Source of the DNA: a virus
Lineage: Duplodnaviria > Caudoviricetes
DNA length: 49,593 nucleotides
IMG/VR virus record: IMGVR_UViG_3300025529_000009
Coordinates: 1 to 49,593 of that record
Direction: 5' to 3' (one strand)
A program made the position numbers and the translations under genes. Numbering within the stretch: position 1 is the first letter of the stretch; the number at the start of each line of letters is the position of its first letter. This document shows, one piece after another, positions 25,958 through 36,100 of this stretch. The notes beneath the pieces are model-generated. The model was not told where the DNA came from. It ran no database searches and worked only from the letters and a program-made list of their open reading frames with translations.

Positions 25958-26663
25958 CCGAGTCCGGGACTATGCCTACAGTCCACAATTTGCCGAATAC
26001 GCTGAGGCATCAGCTTTGAAGATGGTGACTCACCTGTTCAGCGACGCTGGACGTACCTGGAGGCAGGCAGCGAAACATAACAGCAAGGGGCGTCTCATCT
26101 TTGCAGCGCTGCAAAAAGAGCTGCGAGGTCCGATTGGGGCCGCTGTTAGGTTCCAGGTCGAGCGTAACGCGGCGATCATTAAGTCACTGCCTCTCGATAT
26201 TGCAAAACAGGTAAACGAGCATGTCCTGCGGGAGGCCATGAAGGGGACCAGGGCTAGCGAGATCGCGGAACAGATTAAGGCGTTCTTTCCCGAGACGTCA
26301 AAGGCCAAGGCGAACCTGATCGCAAGGACCGAAGTGAGTAAGACGGCCACCGCATTGACGCGAGCGCGGAGTGAGGAGATCGGTGTGAACTGGTACATCT
26401 GGCGCACCAGCGGAGACTCCCGGGTCCGTGATTCGCACAAGCTGATGGACGGGGTGCTTGTGAAGTGGACGGATCCGCCAAGTCCTGAAAGGCTGAACGG
26501 GGAAAAACGTACGTTTGGGAACTACCATGCGGGCGATATCTTTAACTGCCGCTGCTTTACGGAGCCCGTGATTGATCTGGACCTAGTCAGCTGGCCCGCC
26601 AAGGTTTACTACGGTGGCCGGATTCACCGCGTGACGAGGAGGCAGTTCGAGCGGATCGCATAA
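25833..26663 (+). CDS. Minor head protein (SPP1 gp7/Mu F family)
   Basis: LIARTEVSK, YIWRTSGDSRVRDSH, FNCRC. Confidence 0.9.
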   Translation: MANSLWAPRRRIEQAYRRAIQAALKSLGESLTGLEDVSEMLDRVRDYAYSPQFAEYAEASALKMVTHLFSDAGRTWRQAAKHNSKGRLIFAALQKELRGPIGAAVRFQVERNAAIIKSLPLDIAKQVNEHVLREAMKGTRASEIAEQIKAFFPETSKAKANLIARTEVSKTATALTRARSEEIGVNWYIWRTSGDSRVRDSHKLMDGVLVKWTDPPSPERLNGEKRTFGNYHAGDIFNCRCFTEPVIDLDLVSWPAKVYYGGRIHRVTRRQFERIA

Positions 26664-26691
26664 TGCGGCCGAAAGGAGGTGAAAGACAAGT

Positions 26692-27972
26692 ATGAGAGCA
26701 TATTACGGATCACGCTTTAGCCCAAACATGACGGTCACCCCAGAACGCTTTTTGATATGTCATAACGTCCCTATCGCTCGGACAGGCTGGTACGAATACC
26801 TGGGCGAAGAGATTGGCGCGGACGACAAAAAGGGCGAAATTGTGAAGGTGTATCGCAGCCCGGAAGAAGTATTCAGCCCTGCTGCTATAGCCAGCTTCGA
26901 GGGTAAAGTGGTTACCGACGAGCATCCTCCTGTACCCGTTACCTCTGAAAATGCGACTTGGTATGCGAAAGGTACCGTGCAAAATGTCCGGCAAGGCACG
27001 GGAGAAAACAGTGATCTTTTGCTTGCCGATCTTGTTGTGTACGACCAGACACTCATCGCTGAGATTCAGGCCGGAAAACGAGAGGTGTCCTGCGGTTACG
27101 ATTGCGTGTACGAGGTTATGGAGGACGGCACGTATCAACAGAAGCAAATCCGAGGCAACCACGTTGCTGTTGTAAAAAGTGGTCGTGCTGGTGACCGAGT
27201 TGCGATAAGAGATGCAAATTCCCAAGCGCTTGGGAATCTTAACTCGAACCTGAAAGGAGATATGAGTATGGCAAAAAAGATTGCACTGCCGAAGAAACAT
27301 TCGCGCGTCACTGATTTTCTGGCCGCTATTGGCCTGAAGCAGTTTGCGCAGGACGCCGAACCGGAGGATATCAAAGAAGCTGTGGACGCACTGGTCGAAG
27401 AGAAAGGAACGGTTGACGAGGAACCGAAGCCAGAAGGAGGGGCGACCGATTCTCAGGACCCGGCAATTCAGGCTTTGGCCGAGCAAGTTGCCAAGCTGAC
27501 AGAGCTTGTAGCTAGTCTCGCGGAAAACGCGGCGAAGGACAGTGAAAAAACGCCGGAACAGCAGATCGATGATGCGATCGCGGAACTTGAAACGAAACTG
27601 GAACCCGCCGCTGATGACGAAGAAGAAAGCCACACAATCCCCGTCGAGCACATGGATGACGAGGAAGGACCGGTATCTGATCCCGATGACCGCCCGCAAA
27701 GCATACTGGACAACGCGTACAAGATCGAGGCGCTGAGAGCGATCAAGCCGATTATCGCGGCTATTCCGGATCCGGTTGTACGCAAACGGGCTGCTGACGC
27801 CGCAATCGCAAGCATCAAGAGTCGGCCTGTCAAGAACACGTACGCAGCCATCACGCCAAAGAAACCGCAGCCGGCCCTGGATACAAAAACTGTTGATCGT
27901 CAGCAGCTGATCGCGGAACTTGGCCGTAACATCGCCAAGAAGCACAATCCCCACTACAAGGAACGCTCCTAA
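26692..27972 (+). CDS. DUF2213 prohead protease/scaffold
   Basis: PIARTG.YEY, VYRSPEEVF, TDEHP, REVSCGYD, NHVAVV..GRAG; acidic scaffold-like C-terminus. Confidence 0.88.
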   Translation: MRAYYGSRFSPNMTVTPERFLICHNVPIARTGWYEYLGEEIGADDKKGEIVKVYRSPEEVFSPAAIASFEGKVVTDEHPPVPVTSENATWYAKGTVQNVRQGTGENSDLLLADLVVYDQTLIAEIQAGKREVSCGYDCVYEVMEDGTYQQKQIRGNHVAVVKSGRAGDRVAIRDANSQALGNLNSNLKGDMSMAKKIALPKKHSRVTDFLAAIGLKQFAQDAEPEDIKEAVDALVEEKGTVDEEPKPEGGATDSQDPAIQALAEQVAKLTELVASLAENAAKDSEKTPEQQIDDAIAELETKLEPAADDEEESHTIPVEHMDDEEGPVSDPDDRPQSILDNAYKIEALRAIKPIIAAIPDPVVRKRAADAAIASIKSRPVKNTYAAITPKKPQPALDTKTVDRQQLIAELGRNIAKKHNPHYKERS

Positions 27973-27997
27973 GAGCGTAAGAAAGGAAGGATGAAAA

Positions 27998-28513
27998 ATG
28001 CCAGGATTTGCAGTTGGAAAGGCTTTGAATCTCGGTTATCCCGGGAGTGTTTCGCGCAGCGCTGACGCGATCATCACGAACCGCTTGGTCCGGGAGACGG
28101 ACACAGAAAACATTAACTTTGGTGACGCCGTTGTCCTGAACAGTGACAATACCTATTCCAAGTTCGGGGCTGGCGGAACAGCGGCAACCTTCGCCGGCAT
28201 TGCGGTACGTGAAGTAAAGCAGTCTACAGACTATTTCGCTGCTCAAGGTTTCTATCGACCGGGAGAGCCGTGCGACGTCATTGTACGCGGGTCTGTTACG
28301 GTTTTCTGCAATGTGGGCACACCCACTGCAGGCGGAGATGTGTATGTGCGCGTGGCCGAGAACCCTGCAGTTCCTGATGGGGTGGTCGGTGGGTTCGAAG
28401 CAGTGGCAGACGGAGCAAACACTGTCAAGCTGCCCGGGGTCAAGTGGAAAACGGACAAGATCGACGCTAATAAAGTCGCCGAGGTCACGATTCTGCAGCG
28501 GAATAATCCGTAA
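27998..28513 (+). CDS. Head decoration/cement protein
   Basis: Between protease and capsid genes; FG.AVV, FAGIAVR, VRGSVTV, GGDVYVR. Confidence 0.75.
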   Translation: MPGFAVGKALNLGYPGSVSRSADAIITNRLVRETDTENINFGDAVVLNSDNTYSKFGAGGTAATFAGIAVREVKQSTDYFAAQGFYRPGEPCDVIVRGSVTVFCNVGTPTAGGDVYVRVAENPAVPDGVVGGFEAVADGANTVKLPGVKWKTDKIDANKVAEVTILQRNNP

Positions 28514-28532
28514 TCAAGGGGGATGAGCACAT

Positions 28533-29549
28533 ATGAACGCACCAAAAGCACCTATGGCACGCAAAGTGCACACGATTGATGGCCTCGGGCCGTCGATGAT
28601 GATGAATGACGCCGCGATCAGTTCCGGGATGGCCTTCCTGGTAGGGGAGCTGGAAAAGCGAGATCCGCGGCTCCTGGAACCGTTGAACAGTGTAACTTGG
28701 ATGCGCGACATCGTGGCGAAAACTGGTGGCGGATGGGTTGAGTTCACGTCCAATCAGTTTATCAACTACGCCACGACCGGCGGCAATGAGAATGGCATTA
28801 TCGGTGGAGAGACCAACGACATCCCAGTGATGCAGGCCGACGCGACCAAAGATGTTTACAAGGTCTTCACTTTCGCCAACATCCTGAAGGTTCCGTTTGT
28901 CGACCAGCAAAAGCTGCAAGGAATCGGGCGTAGCCTTGACGACATCTTGGACAAAGGAATCCGACTGAACTACAACAAGTCGATCGATAACATCGTCTAC
29001 ACCGGGGTACCACGTGCGGGCGTTTACGGGCTTGTGAACCACCCGGACATTACGGCTCGCTCTGTTTCCGTGGGGGCTGCCGGCCAAACCAAGTGGAGCA
29101 GCAAAACCCCGGATGAGATTCTGGCGGACGTCAACACGATTATCACGGAAACGTGGGCGGCGTCCGAGTATGATCTGACTGGTATGGCGAACCACATTTT
29201 GATTCCGCCGCAGCAGTATGCGTATCTCGTTGGAACCAAAGTGAGCGAAGCCGGGAATATCTCCATCCTGCAGTTCCTGCTTGATAACAACATCGGCAAG
29301 AACCAGGGTGTTGATCTTGTGATTGCTCCTTCCCGTTGGTGCGCAGGGGCCGGCACAGGCGGCACGGACCGGATGGTTGCTTACGTCAACGACGAGGACC
29401 GCGTAAACTTTGACCTGACTGTGCCGCTGAGCCGTGTCATGACGCAGCCGCAAGTTACCGAGATGGCGTACCTGACCGCGTATGCGGCCCAGATTGGCCA
29501 GGTCAAGTTCTTGTACACCCAGTGCGCTCGCTACGGCGACGGCATCTAA
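28533..29549 (+). CDS. Major capsid protein (DUF2184-like)
   Basis: FLVGELEKRDPRLLEP, YGLVNHP, WSSKTPDEILADVN, GTDRMVAY. Confidence 0.88.
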   Translation: MNAPKAPMARKVHTIDGLGPSMMMNDAAISSGMAFLVGELEKRDPRLLEPLNSVTWMRDIVAKTGGGWVEFTSNQFINYATTGGNENGIIGGETNDIPVMQADATKDVYKVFTFANILKVPFVDQQKLQGIGRSLDDILDKGIRLNYNKSIDNIVYTGVPRAGVYGLVNHPDITARSVSVGAAGQTKWSSKTPDEILADVNTIITETWAASEYDLTGMANHILIPPQQYAYLVGTKVSEAGNISILQFLLDNNIGKNQGVDLVIAPSRWCAGAGTGGTDRMVAYVNDEDRVNFDLTVPLSRVMTQPQVTEMAYLTAYAAQIGQVKFLYTQCARYGDGI

Positions 29550-29563
29550 GGAGGGTATAACGC

Positions 29564-29905
29564 ATGCGTATCTTCGCGAAAAGAGCATTTCAATTTGATC
29601 ACCCGGCGGGCCATGAGCCCGCTGTTGTTGTTCAGTCTCAGAGCTTTGCTGATGTACCGGATTGGGTCGCGGCGTCGACCATGTTCAAGTTGGCAAGTAT
29701 AAGCGGTGACGTCACTGTGATCGAGAGCAAGCAAGACGAAAAGGCAGCTGAGAGTGGAAAAGGCAAAGCATCCACGAGAGGTAGAAAAGGAAATCCCAGC
29801 GAGAAGGTTAAGGAACCAGGAGAGGGTGGCCTCCCTGCAGAAGGCGAAGGTTTCGACGTCCCCACAGAAGGGGAAGGTACCGACGTACTTGATGATGAGC
29901 TCTAA
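29564..29905 (+). CDS. Hypothetical head-associated protein
   Basis: RBS AAGGAGGG; directly after the capsid gene. Confidence 0.7.
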   Translation: MRIFAKRAFQFDHPAGHEPAVVVQSQSFADVPDWVAASTMFKLASISGDVTVIESKQDEKAAESGKGKASTRGRKGNPSEKVKEPGEGGLPAEGEGFDVPTEGEGTDVLDDEL

Positions 29906-29921
29906 AGGCAGGTGAGCTCGT

Positions 29922-30422
29922 ATGTCAATCGCAAATGACGGGGGTCTGAGCGCGTCCGGGGTTATCGGACGCGCTTCAAATATCAGGCCAGGGAGTAACC
30001 CCCCATTTACGTATGATGACTTCCTCGCTATGTACCCTCAGTTCGGTCCTGATGCTAACGGGGTCTACGTTGTGCCGCAGGCGATCACGCAAATGTACAT
30101 CGACCTGGCCAACGCAAGCATTCGACAGGCACGTTGGCACGCTTACTGGAGAACTGCGATGGGTTGGTTTGTCGCCCATTTCTGCACCCTCTATCTCCAG
30201 GGCACAGCAGACCCGAACAGCGGCGCTGCTGGGGTCTTGGCCGCCGGACAGACTAGGGGACTGGTTACTTCTGAGTCAGCGGGTGACGTATCGGCCAGCA
30301 TCGATTATTCAGCGATTGCGCAGGATCTGGACGGTTGGGCTGCATGGAAGCTGACTATCTATGGCCAGCAGCTCGCGACGATCGGCAGGATAGTCGGGGC
30401 AGGTGGCATTTATGTTTACTAG
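29922..30422 (+). CDS. Head-tail adaptor (DUF4054-like)
   Basis: FLAMYPQF, FVAHFCTL, SESAGDVSAS, TIYGQQL. Confidence 0.8.
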   Translation: MSIANDGGLSASGVIGRASNIRPGSNPPFTYDDFLAMYPQFGPDANGVYVVPQAITQMYIDLANASIRQARWHAYWRTAMGWFVAHFCTLYLQGTADPNSGAAGVLAAGQTRGLVTSESAGDVSASIDYSAIAQDLDGWAAWKLTIYGQQLATIGRIVGAGGIYVY

Positions 30423-30433
30423 GAGTGGCACCC

Positions 30434-31012
30434 ATGTTTAGCGCCCTGTCCAATGTCACCACGGGCATCGATAAGACAAACGAGATCAAGAAGCTCCTGG
30501 ACGGCCTGGCGAGGAAGCAAGTGTATGTGGGAATCCCGGAAGGCGGCGAGAGGGTTGAGGAACCGGGCCAGGCTATCACAAACGCTCAGCTGCTTTATGT
30601 GCACACACACGGCGTACGCCAAAAGGCCATGCGTGACGAGATGAATCCAAAAGTGGAGAGCGGCGAGATGACGTACAGCAAGGCCTATGAGTTGTGGCTG
30701 CAAACACATGGTTCTCCACTTTGGCACTCACCGCCGCGCCCGGTTCTCGAACCCGCCATCGAGTACAACAAGGAGGCGATCGCCAAGCAGTTGCGAAGGG
30801 TGTCGGAGGTTGCCCTTGATGGTGGCGACCCGACACCTGAGCTGCACAAAGCAGGCATGATGGGGCAAAACTTCGCGCGGGACTGGTTTACGAACCCTGC
30901 AAATGGATGGCCTCCTAACGCCCCGACTACTGTAAAGAGAAAAGGTAGCGATAAACCCCTGATTGATACCGGGGAGCTGCGTAAAGCTATCACCTACGTT
31001 GTGAAGGACTGA
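30434..31012 (+). CDS. Neck/tail completion protein
   Basis: VYVGIP, PPRPVLEP, PNAPTTVKRKGSDKPLIDTGELRKAITY. Confidence 0.8.
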   Translation: MFSALSNVTTGIDKTNEIKKLLDGLARKQVYVGIPEGGERVEEPGQAITNAQLLYVHTHGVRQKAMRDEMNPKVESGEMTYSKAYELWLQTHGSPLWHSPPRPVLEPAIEYNKEAIAKQLRRVSEVALDGGDPTPELHKAGMMGQNFARDWFTNPANGWPPNAPTTVKRKGSDKPLIDTGELRKAITYVVKD

Positions 31013-31017
31013 TGTAA

Positions 31018-31368
31018 GTGATAAACGTAAGTCGTGTCATCACAAGCCCGAATTTAGCCCAGCCCTATGTTGTTCATCGCAAGTCCGCTACCTGGTCCGC
31101 TGGCCGCACGGTGCTGACCGAAACACAGCTGACGATGAGAGGAGTTGTGACTGTAGCGGACGCCGAAACAATGGAGCAGCTGCCGGAGGGTGATCGCGTT
31201 TCAGGTTTGATGTGCTTCTATGCCAACCGGGAATTGTTCAGGACACGGGAAGACGGCACGTCCGACCAGATCGTATGGCGCGGCGAGCGGTACCGGGTGA
31301 AGCAGGTTTTCCCGTATGGGGACTACGGCTACTACAAGGCTGTGGCTGAAAGGATGGCAGGTGATTAA
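31018..31368 (+). CDS. Head-closure-like protein
   Basis: QLPEGDR, SDQIVWRGERYRV; synteny. Confidence 0.7.
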   Translation: MINVSRVITSPNLAQPYVVHRKSATWSAGRTVLTETQLTMRGVVTVADAETMEQLPEGDRVSGLMCFYANRELFRTREDGTSDQIVWRGERYRVKQVFPYGDYGYYKAVAERMAGD

Positions 31369-31370
31369 AG

Positions 31371-31907
31371 ATGGCGGACACGGTACTCTCGTTAACCGAG
31401 ATCGAGAATATTTTTTGGCTGTTCACCATCAAGAGTCTTGGTCTTGATCCTGTAGCAGACAAAAGCCAAAAACGGATTCGCATCGGGTACCCGGCAGAAG
31501 GTGCCCCGGCCTGGAAGCATGACGAAGACGTTGGTTTTATTTTCATCGCAAGTGTTGACGAGCCCATTACACAGCAGGTCGAGGTGGGGTACAACAAGAT
31601 GAGTGAGACCGCGGCCGAGCGTGTCGCCAGCTACACGAGGGTGCATCAGGTAACATGGACCTTTTATGGACCGAATAGTTTCGACGATGCGGACCGAGTG
31701 CGATCTGGCTTATATACCCATCCCGCACTGTTCGCTCCGCTGCGTCTTGTAACCAGCGTTACCGCTCCCGTCCGTTTGCCGGAGTTGTTTGCCGGACAAT
31801 GGTGGGAGCGCTCCACTTTTACTGCGCGGTTTAACGAGAAGGTTGTTCGCACATCCTCGGTCAACTACATCGAGTCGGCAGAGGTAAAAGTTGTCCCGAA
31901 CAGGTAA
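31371..31907 (+). CDS. Tail terminator-like neck protein
   Basis: Precedes sheath; FYGPNSFDDA, QWWER. Confidence 0.7.
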   Translation: MADTVLSLTEIENIFWLFTIKSLGLDPVADKSQKRIRIGYPAEGAPAWKHDEDVGFIFIASVDEPITQQVEVGYNKMSETAAERVASYTRVHQVTWTFYGPNSFDDADRVRSGLYTHPALFAPLRLVTSVTAPVRLPELFAGQWWERSTFTARFNEKVVRTSSVNYIESAEVKVVPNR

Positions 31908-31925
31908 GAAAGGTAGGTGTTTTTC

Positions 31926-33029
31926 TTGGCGCAATCTCTTGACGACATCGTAAAGGTGAACGTCACTGTATCACCGCAGGCGCAAAGTGCCGGGTCTTTC
32001 GACATCGGCTTGATCGTCGGTAAGTCAGCGGTTATTTCCACGCAGGACCGTGTGAAGATTTATACAAGCCTCGCAAGCATGAAGTCTGATGGCTGGACCG
32101 GCGAAGAACCTGAGTACAAAGCGGCTGCACTATACTTCAGCCAATCTCCTACTCCATCGAAACTCGTGGTGGGCAGATGGGATGGGACCGGGGAAACGGC
32201 AGTTGATGCCGTAGATGCTTGCCGCGCCGCGAATAATGACTGGTATGGCTGCTACGTTGTGAATGCGACTCCCGAAGAGATCGAGGAGGTAGCTGCAGCT
32301 GTAGAAGCAATGAAACCAGAGTCGACGTTTTTCTACACGACGAATGACGAGGCCGTGAAGAATGGGACACCGGGGAACATCATGGAGGCATTGAAGGGTG
32401 CCGGCTACAAACGTACATTCGGTATGTTCAGTACCACTGAGCATGCAGCGGCTGCCGTAATGGGTTATGCGATGGGCGCGAATACCGGCGGAGCAAATTC
32501 TGCGTACACGTTGGCCTACAAATCATTGGTTGGTGTAACCCCTGAGCCTCTCTCCACGACAGAGGTGCAGAAAATCCTCGCCCTGAACGGCAACGCATAC
32601 ACGCACTACGGGACCAACTACAAACTGCTTGTACAGGGCACTATGGCAAACGGCGTACCCTTTGACGAAGTTCTGAATCTGGATATGCTCACGGCAGAAA
32701 TCCAGATCGGGGCGGTCAACGCTCTTGTGCGAGCGGCAAAGATCCCGCAAACCGAGGACGGGATGTCGCTTTTGATCAACGCAATTGAGGAACAGTGTGA
32801 AAAGTCGGTAGTCCGGGGAGCCATTGCACCGGGTGTGTGGAAGGCCTCACCTGTGCTGACCTTACAAAGAGGCGATACGCTGTCGAAAGGATACTTGGTG
32901 TTGGCCGAGAGCATCGCAAGCCAAACGCAAGAAGACCGTGAAGCTCGGAAGGCTCCACCGATTTATGTACCAGTAAAGATGGCCGGGGCGATCGAACATG
33001 TGGTTATTAATGTGACGGTCAACCGCTAG
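31926..33029 (+). CDS. Tail sheath protein (DUF3383-like)
   Basis: PEYKAAALYFSQSPTP, KIPQTEDG, DREARKAPPI, GAIEHV. Confidence 0.88.
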   Translation: MAQSLDDIVKVNVTVSPQAQSAGSFDIGLIVGKSAVISTQDRVKIYTSLASMKSDGWTGEEPEYKAAALYFSQSPTPSKLVVGRWDGTGETAVDAVDACRAANNDWYGCYVVNATPEEIEEVAAAVEAMKPESTFFYTTNDEAVKNGTPGNIMEALKGAGYKRTFGMFSTTEHAAAAVMGYAMGANTGGANSAYTLAYKSLVGVTPEPLSTTEVQKILALNGNAYTHYGTNYKLLVQGTMANGVPFDEVLNLDMLTAEIQIGAVNALVRAAKIPQTEDGMSLLINAIEEQCEKSVVRGAIAPGVWKASPVLTLQRGDTLSKGYLVLAESIASQTQEDREARKAPPIYVPVKMAGAIEHVVINVTVNR

Positions 33030-33046
33030 AAAGGATGTGAAGGTAA

Positions 33047-33484
33047 GTGGCGTATACAACATACAGCTTTGAGGACGTATCGCTGGTGATCTCGCACCCG
33101 TCGGTAGGGCAGTACGTGGCGACTGGAAAAGGTCTTGGCAGCATCACTACCACCATGACGACTGAGCGTACGGTGCATGATGTCTCTGCCGACGGGTCGG
33201 TCATGGTCTCAAAGATTGTTGGGCGCAATGGCAGCCACACTATTTCCGTTCAACAGACATCCGATCTGAACAAGTGGCTGACGAAGTTGTACAACTACCT
33301 GGAGCAGGCGCCGGCATCCGAGTGGGCTAGGATCAGCCTTACGATTCGTTCACCGTACATGCAGGATTTGATCCGCTCGACCGGTGTATCTTTCCAGAAG
33401 CTGCCGGATAAGCCGTACCAGGCACAAGGGCAGCAGGTGAGCTGGGTGCTTATGGCAGCTGACGTCGATCAGACAGTCGCATAG
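33047..33484 (+). CDS. Tail tube protein (DUF3277-like)
   Basis: TYSFEDV, SADGSVMVS, QQTSDLN; follows sheath. Confidence 0.85.
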   Translation: MAYTTYSFEDVSLVISHPSVGQYVATGKGLGSITTTMTTERTVHDVSADGSVMVSKIVGRNGSHTISVQQTSDLNKWLTKLYNYLEQAPASEWARISLTIRSPYMQDLIRSTGVSFQKLPDKPYQAQGQQVSWVLMAADVDQTVA

Positions 33485-33501
33485 AACAATACATTTTAAA
33501 G

Positions 33502-33522
33502 AAGAGCCTAAAAGCTCTTTTT
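33502..33522 (+). terminator. Short intrinsic terminator after the tube gene
   Basis: AAGAGC-CTAAAA-GCTCTT followed by TTT. Confidence 0.5.
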
Positions 33523-33542
33523 ACTTTTAGGGAGGGAACGGC

Positions 33543-34001
33543 ATGCAACCGCGCGTGAACTACAAAGACGTTGAGGTGAAGGGCCGGAAGTTCCGTATTC
33601 GGAAATTTTCGGCCCGTGTGGGTTCTTTCATGATCATCAAGTTGACTTCGATTTTGGCGCCGATGTTTTCTCGCATGAAACTGAGGGCGGGAGGCATCGA
33701 GGATTTTAACCCCGATGACTTTGATATCTCGGGCTTTTTGGAGCCGCTCGCCAGAATGTCGGAAAAAGACTTCAACTACATCCAGGAGCAAGCTCTTCGG
33801 GTCTGCTTCGAGCTGTTGCCCGCCGGGCCCGCACCGGTGCTGAACGAAAACGGCTCGTTTGGGGTAGCGGACCTGGAGGACGACACGGCAGCCGTCATGG
33901 AACTGACGATCCACGCGCTCGGATTCAATCTGACCGGTTTTTTTCAAGACAGCGGCCTGAGTGGACTAATGGCCGGCTTGACTTCATCCCGGCAAGACTG
34001 A
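33543..34001 (+). CDS. Tail assembly chaperone (G-like)
   Basis: Between tube and tape measure genes; slippery T7 at 33938-33944. Confidence 0.8.
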   Translation: MQPRVNYKDVEVKGRKFRIRKFSARVGSFMIIKLTSILAPMFSRMKLRAGGIEDFNPDDFDISGFLEPLARMSEKDFNYIQEQALRVCFELLPAGPAPVLNENGSFGVADLEDDTAAVMELTIHALGFNLTGFFQDSGLSGLMAGLTSSRQD

Positions 34002-34189
34002 TTAACGTGGACGAGTTTCTGTTCGCCCCTGTCCTCGGCGGTCTCTGGCAACACCGGGATGTCGTTGAGGATGTGTTCGACATCGATGATCTGTTGGACG
34101 CTCACGAAATCATGGCAGTGCGGGAAGAAAATATACGCAGAGCGCAAGAAGCGGCCAGACTGCAGCAGGAAGGGGGGACGCTAAGATGA
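33938..34189 (+). CDS. Tail assembly chaperone frameshift extension (T-like, -1 frame)
   Basis: The -1 frame is open from the T7 run through ORF 34007-34189. Confidence 0.75.
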   Translation, partial: FFSRQRPEWTNGRLDFIPARLINVDEFLFAPVLGGLWQHRDVVEDVFDIDDLLDAHEIMAVREENIRRAQEAARLQQEGGTLR

Positions 34190-36090
34190 TTGACGTGATC
34201 AAAGAGTACTTGGTCTCGCTCGGGATGCAGGTAGACAAGAAGTCATTTGACGCAGCAGATAAAACGATCAATACGCTCGAACAAGGCGTCAAAAGCTTTG
34301 CGGGGTCGACAATCCGAAACTTCGCCCTAGCGAGTACGGCTGTTGTCAGCGCGATGGCCACCGCGAGCATCGGTATCCTGACCTTTCTCGGCAGTCTGGC
34401 AAAAGCCGATCTGGAGACTGAGAAGTTCGCCCGGCGGATGTGGCTATCAAAGGATGCTGCAGCAGAGCTGAGCAACACTCTAAAGGCCATGGGCGCTACG
34501 ATCGAAGACCTATACCTCAGTCCAGAGCTCATGCGGAACTTTCAGCAGCTCCGTTCCACGATAAACGAGATGAAGCCTCCACCTGAGTTTCAGAACCAGA
34601 TGAAGTTCATACGGTCGATCCAGTTCGAGTTTCAACGGCTGCGCCTGGAAGCGACATATGGGCTGCAGTGGATCGGCTATTACCTGTTCAAGTACCTGGA
34701 AGGGCCGTTGGTGAGGGTTAAAACCACTTTGCAGGCCATGAACAAAAACGTTATCCAGAACATGCCGAATTGGTCGAAGAATATCGCACAGGTACTGAGT
34801 TGGGTTGGTCGTCTCGGTGCGACCTTCATTCATGCAGGCGCTGATGTGCTTCGGCTAGTCTCAGAACTCGGCGATCGTATCCCGCGGACTATCAAGATCA
34901 TCGGAGCGTCTTTGCTAGGGCTGGCCGTACTGCTGAAAACAGGGCCGCTTGGAATCATATTCGCCCTTTTGACGTCGTTGCTTTTGCTTCTTGACGACTT
35001 TTACACGTTTCTGGAAGGCGGCGAAAGTGCTCTCGGCCCGCTGTGGAAGAAGCTGCAGGACTTTTACAAGCTCCTCAAAGACACTGGCGCCATCGATCGG
35101 TTGGGAAAAGCGTTTGACAACGTATTTCGAACGATCGAGGACTGGCTTAAACGAGCATGGGGTTGGTTGCAGCAGCTCTACAACAAGTTGCAAGAGCGCG
35201 GCTATCTCGATACCCTGGAGAGCGCGTGGTCGTCAACGTTTGGGCTGTTGTTCAAGATTGTGCAAGGTCTGTGGGGCTGGGTTACGGCTTTCTTTGACGA
35301 GTTGAATGACGAAGGAATCTTATCCGGATTGATCGACTCGGTCATTGATCTCGGTAAAGAGATCAACGAAACGATTGGCTGGGTAGCCGATCTGGTCTCC
35401 AAGTTTTTGGAACTGGAAGAAGTGCAGAGCGTTTTGGAGGGGATCGGGAACTTCGTGTCCGGGACGCTGAAGTTCGCGCTTGAACTGGTCAAGAATACGA
35501 TCGACGGCATCACAAACAGCATAAAGATTGCACGTGCATGGCTATCCGGGGACGACGAGGGGCTGCAGCAGGCTTTAAAAGAGCAGGACGCGCTGAGGAA
35601 ACGGGAAGCTGAGTTCGGCCAGCGCTACGGCGGGAAGATCAAAGACTTTTTCAACTTCATGTTTGTGGATGAGAACGCACCGAATCCGTTTCTCTCTGGT
35701 ACAGCCGAGTCAAGCAAACAAGCAGACAAGATCAATACCAGTGTCACTAACCTACCAAAGGGAATGGAGCCATCATTCAAAAAGGCGCTGAATGAATCGG
35801 AGCTTGTAAAGGGGTTCCGCAGTTTCAATCAGGACCTGAACAAAGGTTTTAACCTGCTGGCCATGATGATTAACCCGGAAGCACTCCGACAGTACCATGA
35901 TATGAGTATGGGCGGACTGCCGAGCAGCTACATGTACACAGCAAGCACGACTTCCAATCAAACAATCATCAGGACCGAAAACAAACCTACGTTCTACATT
36001 ACCAGCACTGACCCGAAAGCTGCTGCTCAAGAAGTAGGGCAAATATGGACGGGCATGAATATCCGCAGCATGCGTCCCGCTTTCGGATAG
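34186..36090 (+). CDS. Tape measure protein
   Basis: IKEYLVSLG N-terminus, helical W/F-periodic body, hydrophobic segment; follows the chaperones. Confidence 0.85.
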   Translation: MIDVIKEYLVSLGMQVDKKSFDAADKTINTLEQGVKSFAGSTIRNFALASTAVVSAMATASIGILTFLGSLAKADLETEKFARRMWLSKDAAAELSNTLKAMGATIEDLYLSPELMRNFQQLRSTINEMKPPPEFQNQMKFIRSIQFEFQRLRLEATYGLQWIGYYLFKYLEGPLVRVKTTLQAMNKNVIQNMPNWSKNIAQVLSWVGRLGATFIHAGADVLRLVSELGDRIPRTIKIIGASLLGLAVLLKTGPLGIIFALLTSLLLLLDDFYTFLEGGESALGPLWKKLQDFYKLLKDTGAIDRLGKAFDNVFRTIEDWLKRAWGWLQQLYNKLQERGYLDTLESAWSSTFGLLFKIVQGLWGWVTAFFDELNDEGILSGLIDSVIDLGKEINETIGWVADLVSKFLELEEVQSVLEGIGNFVSGTLKFALELVKNTIDGITNSIKIARAWLSGDDEGLQQALKEQDALRKREAEFGQRYGGKIKDFFNFMFVDENAPNPFLSGTAESSKQADKINTSVTNLPKGMEPSFKKALNESELVKGFRSFNQDLNKGFNLLAMMINPEALRQYHDMSMGGLPSSYMYTASTTSNQTIIRTENKPTFYITSTDPKAAAQEVGQIWTGMNIRSMRPAFG

Positions 36091-36100
36091 GAGTGATTGT

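Noticed and set aside
26710-29588. Long minus-strand ORFs (414 aa and 367 aa; likewise 10720-11724 and 8545-9402)
   Set aside because: Antisense shadows of well-supported GC-rich phage genes, without RBS or recognisable motifs
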